From an uncultured delta proteobacterium (GTDB taxonomy: Bacteria; Desulfobacterota; Syntrophobacteria; Syntrophobacterales; Syntrophobacteraceae), in contig CAWEHK010000050.1 of the NCBI GenBank assembly GCA_963808625.1, positions 96,001 through 160,000 on the forward strand: 64,000 nt of DNA. The letters are read 5' to 3'. How positions within the stretch are numbered: position 1 is the first letter of the stretch; each line of letters starts with the position of its first letter. Both the position numbers and the translations under genes were made by a program. The notes below the pieces were generated by a model. That model did not search any database and was not told the DNA's origin. It worked only from the letters and a program-made list of their open reading frames with translations. This document shows positions 30,388 to 42,468 of this stretch, in pieces.

Positions 30388-33300
30388 ATTTCCTTCAATC
30401 ATCGTTTTGACCTATAACAACCTGGACTACACGCGCCGCTGCCTGGAGAGTCTGTATGCCAAACCGGCCGGTTTGGATTTTGAGCTGATTGTGGTGGACA
30501 ACGCCTCCCAGGATGGCACCCCAGCCTATTTACGGGAATTTGCAGCTCATCCGCAGCACCCCAACTGCCGCACAATTTTAAACTCCAGCAACCTGGGTTT
30601 CTCCGGCGGGAACAACGTCGGTGCGGCGGCAGTCAGTCCCCACAGTGATGGGATTGTGTTTTTGAACAATGATACGGTTGTCACCGCGGGTTGGCTGGCT
30701 GCGCTTTGCCGTCCCCTGGCAGATCCGCAGGTGGGAATGACCGGCGCGGTGACGAATGTTTCCGGCAATTTCAGTCGCATTTCCGTGACCTATAACACCA
30801 CTGACTTATCCGGACTGGACGATTTTGCAGCAGAGTACACTCGCCAACATGCCGGCCAGGTTTTTGAAGTCTCCATGATGCCCTTCCAATGCGTGGCCCT
30901 GCGCCGCCAGGTTTTTGAAGAAATCGGCCCATTGGACGAGCGCTTTGGCCTTGGTATGTTTGAAGATGATGACTATGCCATGCGCCTGCATCAGGCAGGC
31001 TATCGCATTTTGGGCGTAGAAGACGCTTATATTCACCACTATGGCAGCGCCAGCTTTTCGCGTCTGGACAAACATCATTACATGAGTCTGTTTCAGCGCA
31101 ATTTGAGCCTGTTTGAAGAGAAGTGGAATGTAAGATGGATGCCCGGCGTCCTGCGCCCTGAATTTGTCCCTGAACAGATGCGCCAGTTGATGGACGGGAT
31201 GTTCTTTTGGCACCAGGCCGCCCAAAACTGGGAGCGGACTGCCAAAGAAAACCCAAAGTATGCCCGGCAGTTACAAATTCAGTTGCAGGAAATGGACGAC
31301 CAGCGCAGCAAAACATTCATTGAATTGAACAGTATCTATGCCAGCAATGGCTGGCTGCTTTTGCAACAGCTTTTGCGCCTGCGCCGCTTTGTCGCTCCTG
31401 AAGGGAGCCGCCGCGAGCAGTTGTTTCGCCTTAGCATTCAAACCTTGCGCAGCCTCAAAACCAAACTGACTTCCTGGGGTGCAGTGCGCCCCACCGCTAG
31501 TCTGGCATTCTCAAAAGCAAAGCGACTGCTCCGCTACAGGCGTTCTGCAAAGGCTTCCGGGGTAGCCCCTCTTTTCAAACCGGGCATGCACTCGCCGGGT
31601 GCACAACCGGGGGAAGCTGCACCGCGTTATCAACTACCCCTGCCAGCTCCCAACCCTTTGCCTGGCCGTTGGTCTCGGTGCTTTTGCCAGTATATAATCA
31701 TGCCGATATGCTGCCCGGCGCAGCTCAAAGCGTTTTGAACAGCACCTATCCAAATCTTGAACTGGTCATTCTGGATGATGGTTCAACCGATGGGATTGAT
31801 CCGGTTCTGCGCAGACTGTCACTCCATCCTCAGGTGCGCATCTACCGCCAGCCCAATCAAAAACTGCCGCGCGCCTTGACCCATGCGCACCAGTTTGCTC
31901 GCGGCCAGTTCATCACATGGATTTCTGCCGATAACCTGTACGCACCCCAAGCGATTGCGTGTATGGTAGAGAACCTGCTGGCGCATCCCGAAGCCGTGAT
32001 GGTTTATGCCGATGTGGCGGTGATGGGTGACGCCGGCCAACCACTCCGCGATGATTCGTATCGCCATCAGAACCAGGATCGGCAGCGCAAAGAACTCATC
32101 CGCCTGTACCGCAGCGCCGAGCCTTTGGGCTACGAGGCCGACAATTACATCAACGCCTGCTTCCTCTATCGCCAACAGGCAGCTCAGGCCTTAGAAGGAG
32201 TCTATGCTGACGATCTGCGTGGCTTAGAAGATTACGATTTCTGGCTGCGTCTGCAAAAAATCGGTCAGGTGCGGCACGCAGGAAACAGGGAGCCTCTATA
32301 TTATTACCGTGTTCACAAGCGTACGATGAGCCACGAGCTGCTCTCCGTGCAACGGCGGGCGCATTTCCAACGCATTGAGCGTTTCATCCCCTATGAAAAG
32401 GCCCGCCGTATTCAACTCTACGGGCGCTGGCAGGTCGCGCTGGATCCGGCCCTGGGAACCAACCGACTGGCCGAAATTCGCCGGATGCTGGCTCAACTCC
32501 CGGTAGACGTACTCGAATCCGATCCGTGCTTGCCAGCAACTGAAAGCGCCGGGGTAACCCGGCGGATCCTGGTTTCGCCGGCACAGGACGCAGCACCGTT
32601 GTCCGACGCTCCGATTCAGCTGCAGGAGGATGCCGCCGAACACGTTTGGAAGCTGTGCTGGCACTCACCGTGGGATGGGCAGCCTCACAGCCTTGAAATT
32701 GCCCAAGGCCTCCAGTTTTCCCCTCTTTCTCTAAAGGCCCGCGATCATTTCAAAAACAATTGGGAGTTCCCCCAAGCCGGCGACAGCCTCATCGTAGGCT
32801 GTCATTTAGGTCTGGGCCAGGCCAACCTGGACATCGACGCTGCTCTGACGATCATGCGCAAGAATCCAGACATTTTCTTCGTTTACATCGACGTTCCAGG
32901 ACAAGATTCGCCTGCCGCTGGCGCTCGCCTTGCTGCCTTCCAGGCCATTCCGAACGCTTCACAAATGGAAGGGACAGGAGCGCAAAACGCGGTTTATCTG
33001 GGCGCGCGGCCATTGGACGGCAGCCAGTACCCGTTGTATGCCAACCTGGACGCTTTCTGGCTGCCGCCCATCCAGGCCGGCTTCACAGCGTCAGTACATT
33101 ATCAGGCCCACCTGGCCTTGTCCGCGGCTACGGCTCGCCCATTGGTGTTGTGCCAGCCTTACGCCGGCGAGATTGAGCCGCTGCCTTACCAATTCCTGTG
33201 TTCATTGCAGGATCCCTCGCTAAAGTTCCTGGCTCATTTCGACCGGCGGGCATTCGATCGAGAGGTGCTGGATCGCTGGCTGGCTGCCTGGTCTCCGGCT

Positions 33301-34617
33301 GGGCGCTTTGGGTTCGCCCTGCGCTGCGCTGACGGTTTCTTTCAGGAGTTCATTCCTCGACCTGATTTCGCCTTCATTCCCCCGGCGAAGCATCTGCCCA
33401 AAATCTATGAACATACCGGCGTCCAGCTATCGGGCGAGCCCCTGCGCTGTGCCCTGGTGGTAGGGACGCTGGATAAAGGGGGCCTGGAGGAAGTGGTTGC
33501 CCTGCTGGCGCACAAACTACCCGAGCAGGCTGCTCAGGATGGTCAACCGCTCCAAGTGAGCGTGTACTGTTTGCGGGGCGGCGGAGCAGTGGCCGAACGC
33601 TTAAAAGCGACGGGTGTAACTGTGCTTGAAGCCAATGGTGACCTGCGCCTGGTGCGGCAGTGGTTAAACCAGCCGACTGCCCGGCCTCACTTGCTCAACA
33701 CTCACTTCACCGGCCTGGATTTCCTGCAGATTGCCGCCGAAGCAGGCCTCCCCGTTGTCGATACCATTCATAATACTTACATCTGGTATGACCCAAACGC
33801 CTGGGAGCGCGAACGCAACCGTCCCGCCTATGTTACGCGCTGGATTGCTGTAAGTGACCTGGTCAAACGCTATTACCTCCGATGGAATCCTTACTGCCGC
33901 TCTGAATGGATTGATGTCGTCCCGAATGGGGTTGATGCGGCGCGTTTCAACCCACAGGATCAAGTTCAGGCTCGGCGGCAGTTGGGTTGGGGCCAGGATG
34001 AGATCATTTTTGTCTCGTTGGCCAGTTATGATGGGCGTAAGAATCAGTTAGGTTTGCTGACTGCCTTTGACCAGGCGGCGGGACGTTTTGCCCAGGCTCG
34101 CCTTGTTTGTGCGGGAGGAGTGGTGGATGTCGCTTACTATGAGGCGGTGTTGGCCCATGCCGGTTCGTTACGCTCAAAAAACCGAATTACGCTCTGGAAA
34201 CATCGATCCGATGCCCCTACCATCCTTTCAGGATCCGACTTTTTCGTCCTTAATTCCTTTTTTGAAGGCTGGAGCGTGGCAGCGACTGAAGCGTTGCTGA
34301 TGGGCCTGCCGCTCATTCATAGCGATTGCGGCAGTGCCGCCGAACTGGTGGGGCAGGGGCAGAATCGGCGCGGCGTTGTCATTCCGAACCCGGGTGCTGA
34401 CCCGCTGGACCTGGATTGGCCGCTGGTAGCCCGGGAAATGGCTCAGCAGAAGCATGTGAATACCACCACCCTGGCGGAGGCCATCCAGGCTATGCTGGCT
34501 GATGCCCCCGCTTGGCGCAGCCACCGCTCTGCCATCCGCCAGAATGCAATTGAGGCTTTTGGCCTGCCTCCCATGCTTCGGGGTTATCTATCTGTTTATC
34601 GCAAAGCGCTGGCATAA
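30380..34617 (+). CDS. Large multidomain glycosyltransferase (GT2-coiled coil-GT2-GT4), probably one gene with a frameshift near 31668
   Basis: GT2 (SIIVLTYN, VDNASQDGT, LNNDT, FEDDD), linker, GT2 (VSVLLPVYN, DDGSTD), GT4 (GGLEEVV, VPNGVD, EGW....TEAL); the two ORFs abut at PNPLPG/LVSVLLP with no RBS. Confidence 0.72.
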
Positions 34618-34786
34618 TCAAAAAAATGCCTTTTTCCCAGCCCTCTCTCTTGTTATGTTCATCTTGGGGTGTGTTCTCAATGTGCGATGTTTCGTAACGT
34701 CCTTGGAGAACCGCCTGGCAGGTGTTAATGCTTAGGACAGCCTGCGAGCGCAGTCTAAAAGCAGGCGAAGAGTTTGACTGCCGACC

Positions 34787-37088
34787 GTGCAGGACGATTT
34801 TCATGAGAACATCTTTAACCGGGACTCGTCCAAGGATGCAGCTGAAAGTCGAGCAGCACTGGAGAGACATATCAATTCTCGGGAACGGCAAAATCAGATG
34901 AAGCGGGACAAGGCCCTGAGTGGCGGCACAAGATGTGACAATTTAGGAGGAGATTTTGCGGACCGAAAGCAGCTAATCGCAGGTACAACCCGCGCATGTG
35001 CTGATCTACGCCGAGAACTGGAGCAGACCAATGCGCGTTTGAAAGAACTGGCCGCAGAGGCGGCAATGGCCCGTGTGCTCAAGGAGAGGCTCGAACTGAT
35101 CGAGAATTCGACGTCCTGGCGGGTAACGGCGCCTTTCCGTGCACTCAAGGATTCCCTGCTGAGGAGGAAATCACGGGTAGCCCCGAAGGTTCATGCCTGT
35201 GGCACTGCTCAGGCGCTAACGGGTGAAAGTGCCGGCGATCTGGCCCCAGCCCCGGCTGACGTCCCAAGGGGTTCGCCGCAAGGAGAGAACGACAATGGCT
35301 CCTTAATCCCTGTCCGCACGGTCCTGGTCTTTGATCGCCTGGTACCAATTCCGGACAGCGACAGCCGCTCAGCGAGGCTGTTGGAGATCATCAGGACGGT
35401 CGGCACCCTTGGAAAGTCAGTTACTTTCTGCTCCCATGCGGCACCTGCGGACTACGGATTATGCTGGCCAACGTGGAGGAAGAGCTTCCCCGCCATGTGC
35501 GGACACTGAAGGAACTCGGAGTCACGGCTATTTTCGGCTACTCCGCCATTGTCGAACACATGGAGCGATACGGGCATAATTATCAACAGGTTTTCCTGTC
35601 CTCCACTGATATCATGTATGAATACCTCCCTGTGGTCCGCACCTATTCTCCCTGGGCCCACGTCTTTTAATCACCGAGAACCATCACGGGATCAGCCTGG
35701 AACAAGAGGCGGCAATCAGCAGTGAAAAGGACATACAGGAACCGGCTCATCAGTGCGAGAAGATGGAGAGTGTGAATCTTCGCTCAGCCGACACCGTGAT
35801 CGCCCTCACCGAAAATGAGCGGGAGAGGATCATGAAGCTGGTTCCCGGCGCGAATGTTGTGGTGGTGCCCGACATCCAACACAATTATTCTCCGCAGGCA
35901 GCCCAAAAGCAGATCTCGGCTTTGCTGACTCTTGCCGGCAACCACGATGCAGATCTGCATGAACCTCGGACGGAGGTGAGGAGTGGGGGCAAACAAAGCA
36001 CCGCGAATTTCCGCAATTCTCCCCACGTGGAATCGCGCGGTGTACCTGAAGAAGGCCCTGAAGGCCCTGGTTGGGCAAACCCTGGAGCGAGACGAGTTCG
36101 AGGTGATCGTCGTCGATGATGGGTCTACCGATAAGACCCACCAAGTCGTGGATCTTTTCAGGAAGACCTCCAATTGACCTATCTTCACCAGAAGAATGCC
36201 GGCATTGCGGTTGCCAAAAATCGTGGCATCGAAAAGGCCCGCGCACCCATCTTGCTGTTCATGGACGATGATGACGTTGCCAGCCCAACCCTTCTGGAGG
36301 AACATCTCCGGAGCCATGCTCGCTACCCGGACCCAACCATCGCGGTTTTGGGTCGGACCGAGTTGTCTTCGCCGATCGCATCGAAGCCCGTGATGCATTT
36401 TGTTACGGAGGTGGGCTTCTACCTCTTCTGTTACCCAATTATTCCGCCGGACCAATGGCTTGATTACGCCCACTTTTGGGGAGGGCGATCATCCTGCAAG
36501 ACAGCGTTTCTTCAAGACCATGGGTTTTTCAACGAGGTGTTTCGCTTTGGCTGTGAAGACATCGAACTGGGCTACCGTCTGTCGAAATTCGGACTCCGGG
36601 TGGTTTACAACCCACGGGCAGTCAGCACCATGATACGCGCACTGAGCTTTGATGAATTCTGCAGGCGGGTGGAGAAACAGGGCGAATCAAACTGGGAGTT
36701 CAGTATGATCCACCCGGTGGAAGAGGTGCACATCTGGGGTGACATACCGAGGGCACAGGAACACTGGCCCGAGTTGAAGAACGATTTTGAGACGATCCTC
36801 ACCAAGGCGCGCCATCTCGACAAGATCGCGAACCTGAGGGCTGACGAAGGCTTGGTGCTTGGCAGTTTCCTGACAACTGAATTACACAAAGCTTACACCC
36901 AAAGCTTTGATGGGTGCCGGTGGCGTGGGATAGCCACAGCGGCGAGAGAAACTGAATACACAGCATCGGAGAAAGCAAGTGGCACAGATGCTGAAAGCCA
37001 TCGTCCAAACCAACTGCAATCGCGGAATGTCTCTTGCCTACACAATCCAATACAATATGGAATAAATATATCCGAAGTCAAGAATTAA
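34787..37088 (+). CDS. Multidomain glycosyltransferase (coiled coil, degenerate GT-B-like segment, GT2), about four frameshifts
   Basis: Fragments 34787-35509, 35461-35670, about 35670-35985, 35983-36177 (ISAILPTWNR, VVDDGSTD) and 36174-37088 (NRGI, FMDDD, GCEDIELG) are collinear. Confidence 0.62.
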
Positions 37089-37854
37089 TCGAAATAGATA
37101 TCACCTAGACTTGTAATTTGAAATGCTTTAACTGCAATCGCTCTTGTACACAAGCACCAACTAAACAAGAGATGAGTTGGAACAAATACACAAATTTATT
37201 AATGAATCAATAAAAAATAATATAAAGTGGAAGACCATCAGGATCCTTGGCGGAGAACCGACATTACACCCGCAACTTTTCCTAATATTGGATTTGCTGA
37301 TTCAATATCGTGATGATTTCTCTCATCAAACCATGATTAAGTTGTGACTAACGGTTTCGGCAAAAATGTCAACAACAGGCTTTCTGCGATCAGCCGCGGA
37401 ATTAGCATTGAGAACTCTCACAAGATTTCAAGAATTCAGACAGACATTCTCGCCCTTCAATGTCGCGCCCGTCGATCTAACTCCATTCAAAGATTATGAT
37501 TTTTCCGGGGGATGCTGGGTAACTTCCCAATGCGGCATGGGACTAACACCATTTGGGTATTATCCTTGCGCTATAGCCGGAGGAATAGATCGGATATTCG
37601 GTCTTGACAAGGGGAGAAAGAATTTGCCCGATCCGGATGACGGCATGTTGGATTTGTTCTCCATGTTCTGCAGATTCTGTGGTCATTTCCTGGAGAATCA
37701 AAGACCGTTGTCTCATGAAAAACGAATTCATGCGGAAGAACGTTCTAAAGAAAATGAGGGTATACCCCGAACCAAGTGCGAGATAATGTCTCCGACCTGG
37801 ATCAAAGCGTATGACCAATACAGGAAAAAACCTCCTGAATTGACCACCTATTGA
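37067..37854 (+). pseudogene. Radical SAM domain with Cys-rich C-terminus, interrupted by an in-frame TAG and frameshifts (may be sequencing error)
   Basis: Hand translation: LIEIDIT*TCNLKCFNCNRSC (CxxxCxxC 37112-37135), RILGGEPTLHP (GGEP 37249-37260), TNG near 37350, then CW...CG, PC, CRFC in ORF 37366-37854. Confidence 0.8.
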
Positions 37855-37877
37855 ATTTCCTCTAAAGAGAGGTGCAG

Positions 37878-38880
37878 ATGACTGCGTACAGCCTCTTTGA
37901 GGCTATTCGTCGCCGCGTAAGCGCTGCCGCCAACGCTGCGGTTGGCCTGCGCCTGCTGGCCGCCGGTGCTCACGGACGGCTCTTCCTGAGCGCCTTTCAT
38001 CTCGCGGATCCCCACCCGGTGTGGGTCTGGCGGAGGGTCATGCGCCACCTGCGCCCCGGGGACCTGCTGTGCTGGCTGACCTTTTGGCACTCGGACACCG
38101 GCTACTTTGCGGCGGCCGCTGCGCAGCACCGCCGCGCGGGGGTCTCTCCGGGCCGGGTCTGGGTGCTTGCCAACACGCCCGACGAGGTTGCGGCAGCAAA
38201 GAGGGCCGGATTCCGCGCCGCCTGGGTCCACCACAACTGCTGGCTTGACGAGCGGCTGTTTCAGCCTCTCGGGCTGCCCAAAAAGTACCGTGCGGTGATG
38301 GTGACCCAACCTGCGGTCTACAAGCGCCCGTGGCTGGCCTCCGCAGGTCCCTGGCCTTGCGATTGTGGCCGGTCGACCGTTTGCCGCGAGTGGCGTCGAT
38401 CTGGCAGCGATCCCGCACGCAGCCTATGTCACCGACGTAGCCTCGGCAGAGGTGTGCCGCATAATCAACCAGTCGGAGGTCGGCCTGATCCTGTCGGAGG
38501 AGGAGGGCGGGTGCTTCGCTTCCTCCGAGTACCTGATGTGCGGGATTCCGGTCGTCTCGACCCCGTCGCGCGGCGGCCGGGACGTCTTCTACGGTGCCGA
38601 CAACACACTCATTGTCGAGCCGTCTGCGGCGGACGTCGCTCGTGGCGTGGTCGAGCTTGCCGGACGCCACCTCGACGCCGTACAGATCAGCCGACGTCAC
38701 CTCGAGCAGGCCAGGGCGTTTCGCGCGACATTCGTCCGCGAGGTCCTCACCGTGGCGCTTGCTGAGATCGGCAGCAGCCGCGAACCCGGAGAGGTGCTGG
38801 CTTCGTGCTTCCAGCACAAGATGGTCGAGTGGCTGCGTCCGAGCGAAGCCGTCCGTTTACTGCGCGCAACCGGGGGCTAG
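37878..38880 (+). CDS. Putative GT-B glycosyltransferase, frameshift near 38345
   Basis: LDE..F.P, YKR.WLA, LILSEEEGGCFASSEYLMCGIPVVST (Ex7E-like); visibly very GC-rich. Confidence 0.65.
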
Positions 38881-39790
38881 TTCAGTTTGGCGAGAGTCTT
38901 TATCCGGTTTCTTCCCTTCGCCATGAATTTCCAGAGAAGTCTCAAGGGCCTGGTCACTCTCCAGCTCAGAGAACGATACACTGCTTCCAGTTCACGTCTG
39001 CTCGAGGAGTTCGGCATCACGAAACGCCACCAGAGCGTGAGCTCTCTCGGCATCTTGCGTGATTCGCTGAGCATATTTTTCAAGCAGAGCGCGTGCGGGG
39101 CCTTCACCGCCATGCCCAAGGATGAAGGAGACCGCCTCCACACTGGAAAGGTACTCATATTCCGTGTTTTTGCCTTCATGTGGCGAAGGCTATGAGAGAG
39201 CATCGTACCGGTCGTCACAAAGTTAAAGCGCCGGGCGATCTTAATCCAGAGATCGACATCCATGGCATATTCAGCTTTTCATCCAGGGGGCCACACGCTT
39301 CCCACACGTCCTTCCTGAAAAAGCATGAGGGCTGCAAAAAGAATTCATCAAACCAATTATAGATCGACTCCAGACTGATACTGGCTCTTGTTGCTTCGAA
39401 AAGGACTTTCCCCTCCACATCGACCATGTCCCCTGCCCCAACAATTGCTCCGGCAGCAGGATTGGCGCGATACATTTCAGCAACCACATGCAATGCTCCC
39501 GGAGCATAGCAATCATCCGAATTCAACCAAGCCAGGAGATCTCCTGTCACATGATCGAACCCCTTGTTGATGGCATGGCTTTGACCACGATCCGGCTCGC
39601 TTATCCAGTACTTCAGATACTTTTCGTATCTTCTTATGATCTCGACGCTGTTGTCCGAACTTCCGCCATCGATGATCACATACTCGAGGTCGGGATAGCC
39701 TTGATCGAGCACTGACAGAATGGTCTTCTCCAGGAATTGCCCCTGATTGTATGAAGGAGTCACGATTGATATCCTGGGCAAATGGCTCAT
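38877..39790 (-). CDS. GT2 glycosyltransferase with C-terminal coiled-coil/amphipathic tail, about two frameshifts
   Basis: ISIVTPSYNQG, IDGGSSD, GQSHAINKG, WLNSDD, QPS, MD.DLW; tail VYRSLSWRVTRPLR. Confidence 0.8.
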
Positions 39791-39817
39791 TGTTTGTTCT
39801 CTCCTCTCGCATCCTTT

Positions 39818-41019
39818 TCAGCCGGCGTCAAGAGCCTCCAGAATAGTAAGGGCACGAGCGTCCCAGGTATTTTCCCGCGCCACCTGGTCGATGGCGGCAA
39901 GGTAAGCCGGTCTTTGGCAAGAGCAAGCGCCTCATCCAGTCGAGCCGAGAACTCGGCGACATTCCTCCCCACCAGCACTGCTCGATAACGATGCTTTCTT
40001 GCATAGGGGTGATCACAACGGGCTTCCCCCTCGCCATGTATTCAAAGAGTTTCAGGGGAGAAGTCGCGTGCGTGATCGGGTTCAGGCGGAAGGGGATCAT
40101 GGCTGCATCAAAATATCGCAGGAATTGAGGCAAATCAGAGTATGGGCGGGGGCCAAGCCAGGTGACGTTTGGCAGTCGATACAAACCGCTTCCCACCAGG
40201 GTATGGTCATAGTCCGGTCCGATGAGCACAAAAGCTAAATCCTGCCGCTGAGCGGCGACAGCTCCCACGAGATCATAATCAAACCACCGGGCGAGGGCTC
40301 CGCAGTAGCCGATGATCGGCTTCCCCACGGCAAGGACAGGAGCCATTGCCTGTGGTGGCAGGCCGGCTTTGCGATCTCTGGCCCGTGCAAAGTGCTCGTA
40401 ATCCACCCCATTGGGACACCATTTACAGTCCGGACGCGCCGTGAGGGCATCCCGGTACAAGCGGTCCGCAGTGGCCATGGGAAGAAAGGCTGTGGCCAGG
40501 AGTTCCCGATGGTCCCTGCGCGATCATCTTCGGATCTCCCGGAAAACGGTCAGATCATCGATGTAATCGTAGATGAGCCGAGGCCGATTGAAGCCGTCGA
40601 GGTGTCTTCGGTTCCAGCAAAGTATGTAGACAAGGGGGGCGACAACCATCTTGAAGGCATCCGGGGGCAAAGCGCAAAGATAAAGTCGGTCCCTCAGTCG
40701 GAGAACGCTATAAGACCGGTAAAATTCCGGTTCCAGATAAAATACCAGCACCCCTCTGCAGGCCAGGGCGAGAGCCAGTTGCTGCGGTCGCTGGAAGAGT
40801 TCGAAATTCCATTTCAAGCTTGGAGCGAACACCAAAACATGCTTCAGATCATGGTGCCGGTGAAGGATCTTTCGTATTTCCTCCCTGCGCGCGGCAAGCT
40901 CATGGCGCTGCAGGACGCGTTTCACTCCTGCGGCAACGCGCTTGTGAATTGCCGGACCGTCCATGGGAAAACACTTTGCAGCAGATGCTCAAGCGAGCTT
41001 TCTGGATGGGACTAAACAT
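39818..41019 (-). CDS. TuaH-like GT-B glycosyltransferase (paralogue B), several frameshifts
   Basis: VFAPSLKWNFELFQRPQQLA, IYDYIDDL, PNGVDYEHF, GALARWFDYDL, SPLKLFEYMA. Confidence 0.75.
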
Positions 41020-41118
41020 CTTGTTTCTGCTCAACCCGACTTACGCGGATCTGGCAAAGAAGATCGGGACATCATCAAAGGAGGTCGGGACGATCTCGCG
41101 AGCGAGGAGCACCTGAGC

Positions 41119-42235
41119 CTACCGCGCCGTCTCAAAGATCGCCTCCACAATCCGCTCGGCAGCGTGTCCATCCCCATAAGGGTTGGCCGCCTGAGCCATC
41201 AGCCGGTAAGCCTCCGGATCATCCAGGAGGCGGCGGGTTGCCTCCACAATGGTTGCCGTCCTGGTTCCAACCAGGCTGCGAGGTGCCGGCGGCAACCGCT
41301 TCGGGTCGTTCGGTCTTTTCCCGCATGACCAGGACCGGGACGCCAAAACCGGGGGCCTCTTCCTGAATCCCTCCCGAGTCCGTCAGGATCAATGCCGAGG
41401 CCTTCATGAGATGGACAAAAGGCAGGTAATCCATGGGCGGAAGGAGACTGACGTTGGGCAGACCCCCCAAAATCTCGCGCACCGGTTGCTGAACATTAGG
41501 ATTGAGATGCACGGGATAGACGATGTGCACGCTTTCCCGATAGGCTGACGCGATCTCTCGCAACGCCAGGCAAAGCTGCTGGAACGGCAGGCCAAAGCTT
41601 TCGCGACGATGGGCGGTGACCAGGATCAGCCGCCGGTTTCGGGGGACGGTGGCGAGGGGACCGGATGACCACTCGTAGGGCCGCCTGGCAATATCCAGTA
41701 AAGCGTCAATGACGGTATTGCCGGTTACGCGAATGAATTTATCCGAGACCCCTTCCGCCAGCAAATTTGCCCGGTTGGTTTCAGTCGGGGCGAAGTAGAG
41801 GTCTGCCATGACATCGGTTACCCTGCGATTGACCTCTTCCGGAAACGGCTGATATTTGTGCCCGGTGCGCAGCCCCGCTTCGACGTGGCCGATCTTGATC
41901 TGCCGATAATACGCGGCAAGACTGGCAGCCATGACGGTGGTGGTGTCACCCTGCACCAGGACCCAGTCGGGCTGCTCGCGCTGCAGCACCGGTCCGAGGG
42001 CCAGCAGGAGCCGCGCGGTCAGTTCCGTCAGCCCCTGGTTGGCATGCATGATGCCAAGGTCGTAATCCGGCGCAATGTCAAAGAGCTGCAGCACCTGGTC
42101 CAACATCTCCCGGTGCTGGGCGGTGACGCACACCCGGGGTGCGATCCGGTCCGGGTGCCTGCGCAGCTCTTTGATCACCGGGGCCATCTTAATGGCCTCG
42201 GGACGCGTCCCAAAAACACTCAATATTTTCAACAT
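41119..42235 (-). CDS. wecB: UDP-N-acetylglucosamine 2-epimerase (non-hydrolysing), frameshift near 41280
   Basis: [64 protein letters not shown]. Confidence 0.93.
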
Positions 42236-42468
42236 AAACCGCTCATCTTCTCTGGAACTGCTCATCGCCAACAGACAAAACCTCATCGGCGCAGGAGGAT
42301 CTATGCTTGCTTTCAGCTCCTTTACAGTGGCCCGAGCTTCTTGGCAATACCTTTCTGGGTTTACCTGGGTTTTCATCGAGCGCTGCCGTCTCATCGCTTA
42401 TCCATGACAGAGCATGGCGAGTTCTCTTCTTACCTGCTGAAGAGGGCGAGCGTAAATGTTCTGCGAGC

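Noticed and set aside
37106..37108. In-frame TAG as pyrrolysine or recoding
   Set aside because: One substitution from a Tyr codon in an error-rich region; no pyl genes in the window
42236..42394. 53-aa N-terminal extension of wecB
   Set aside because: Family similarity begins at [13 protein letters not shown] (ATG 42235)
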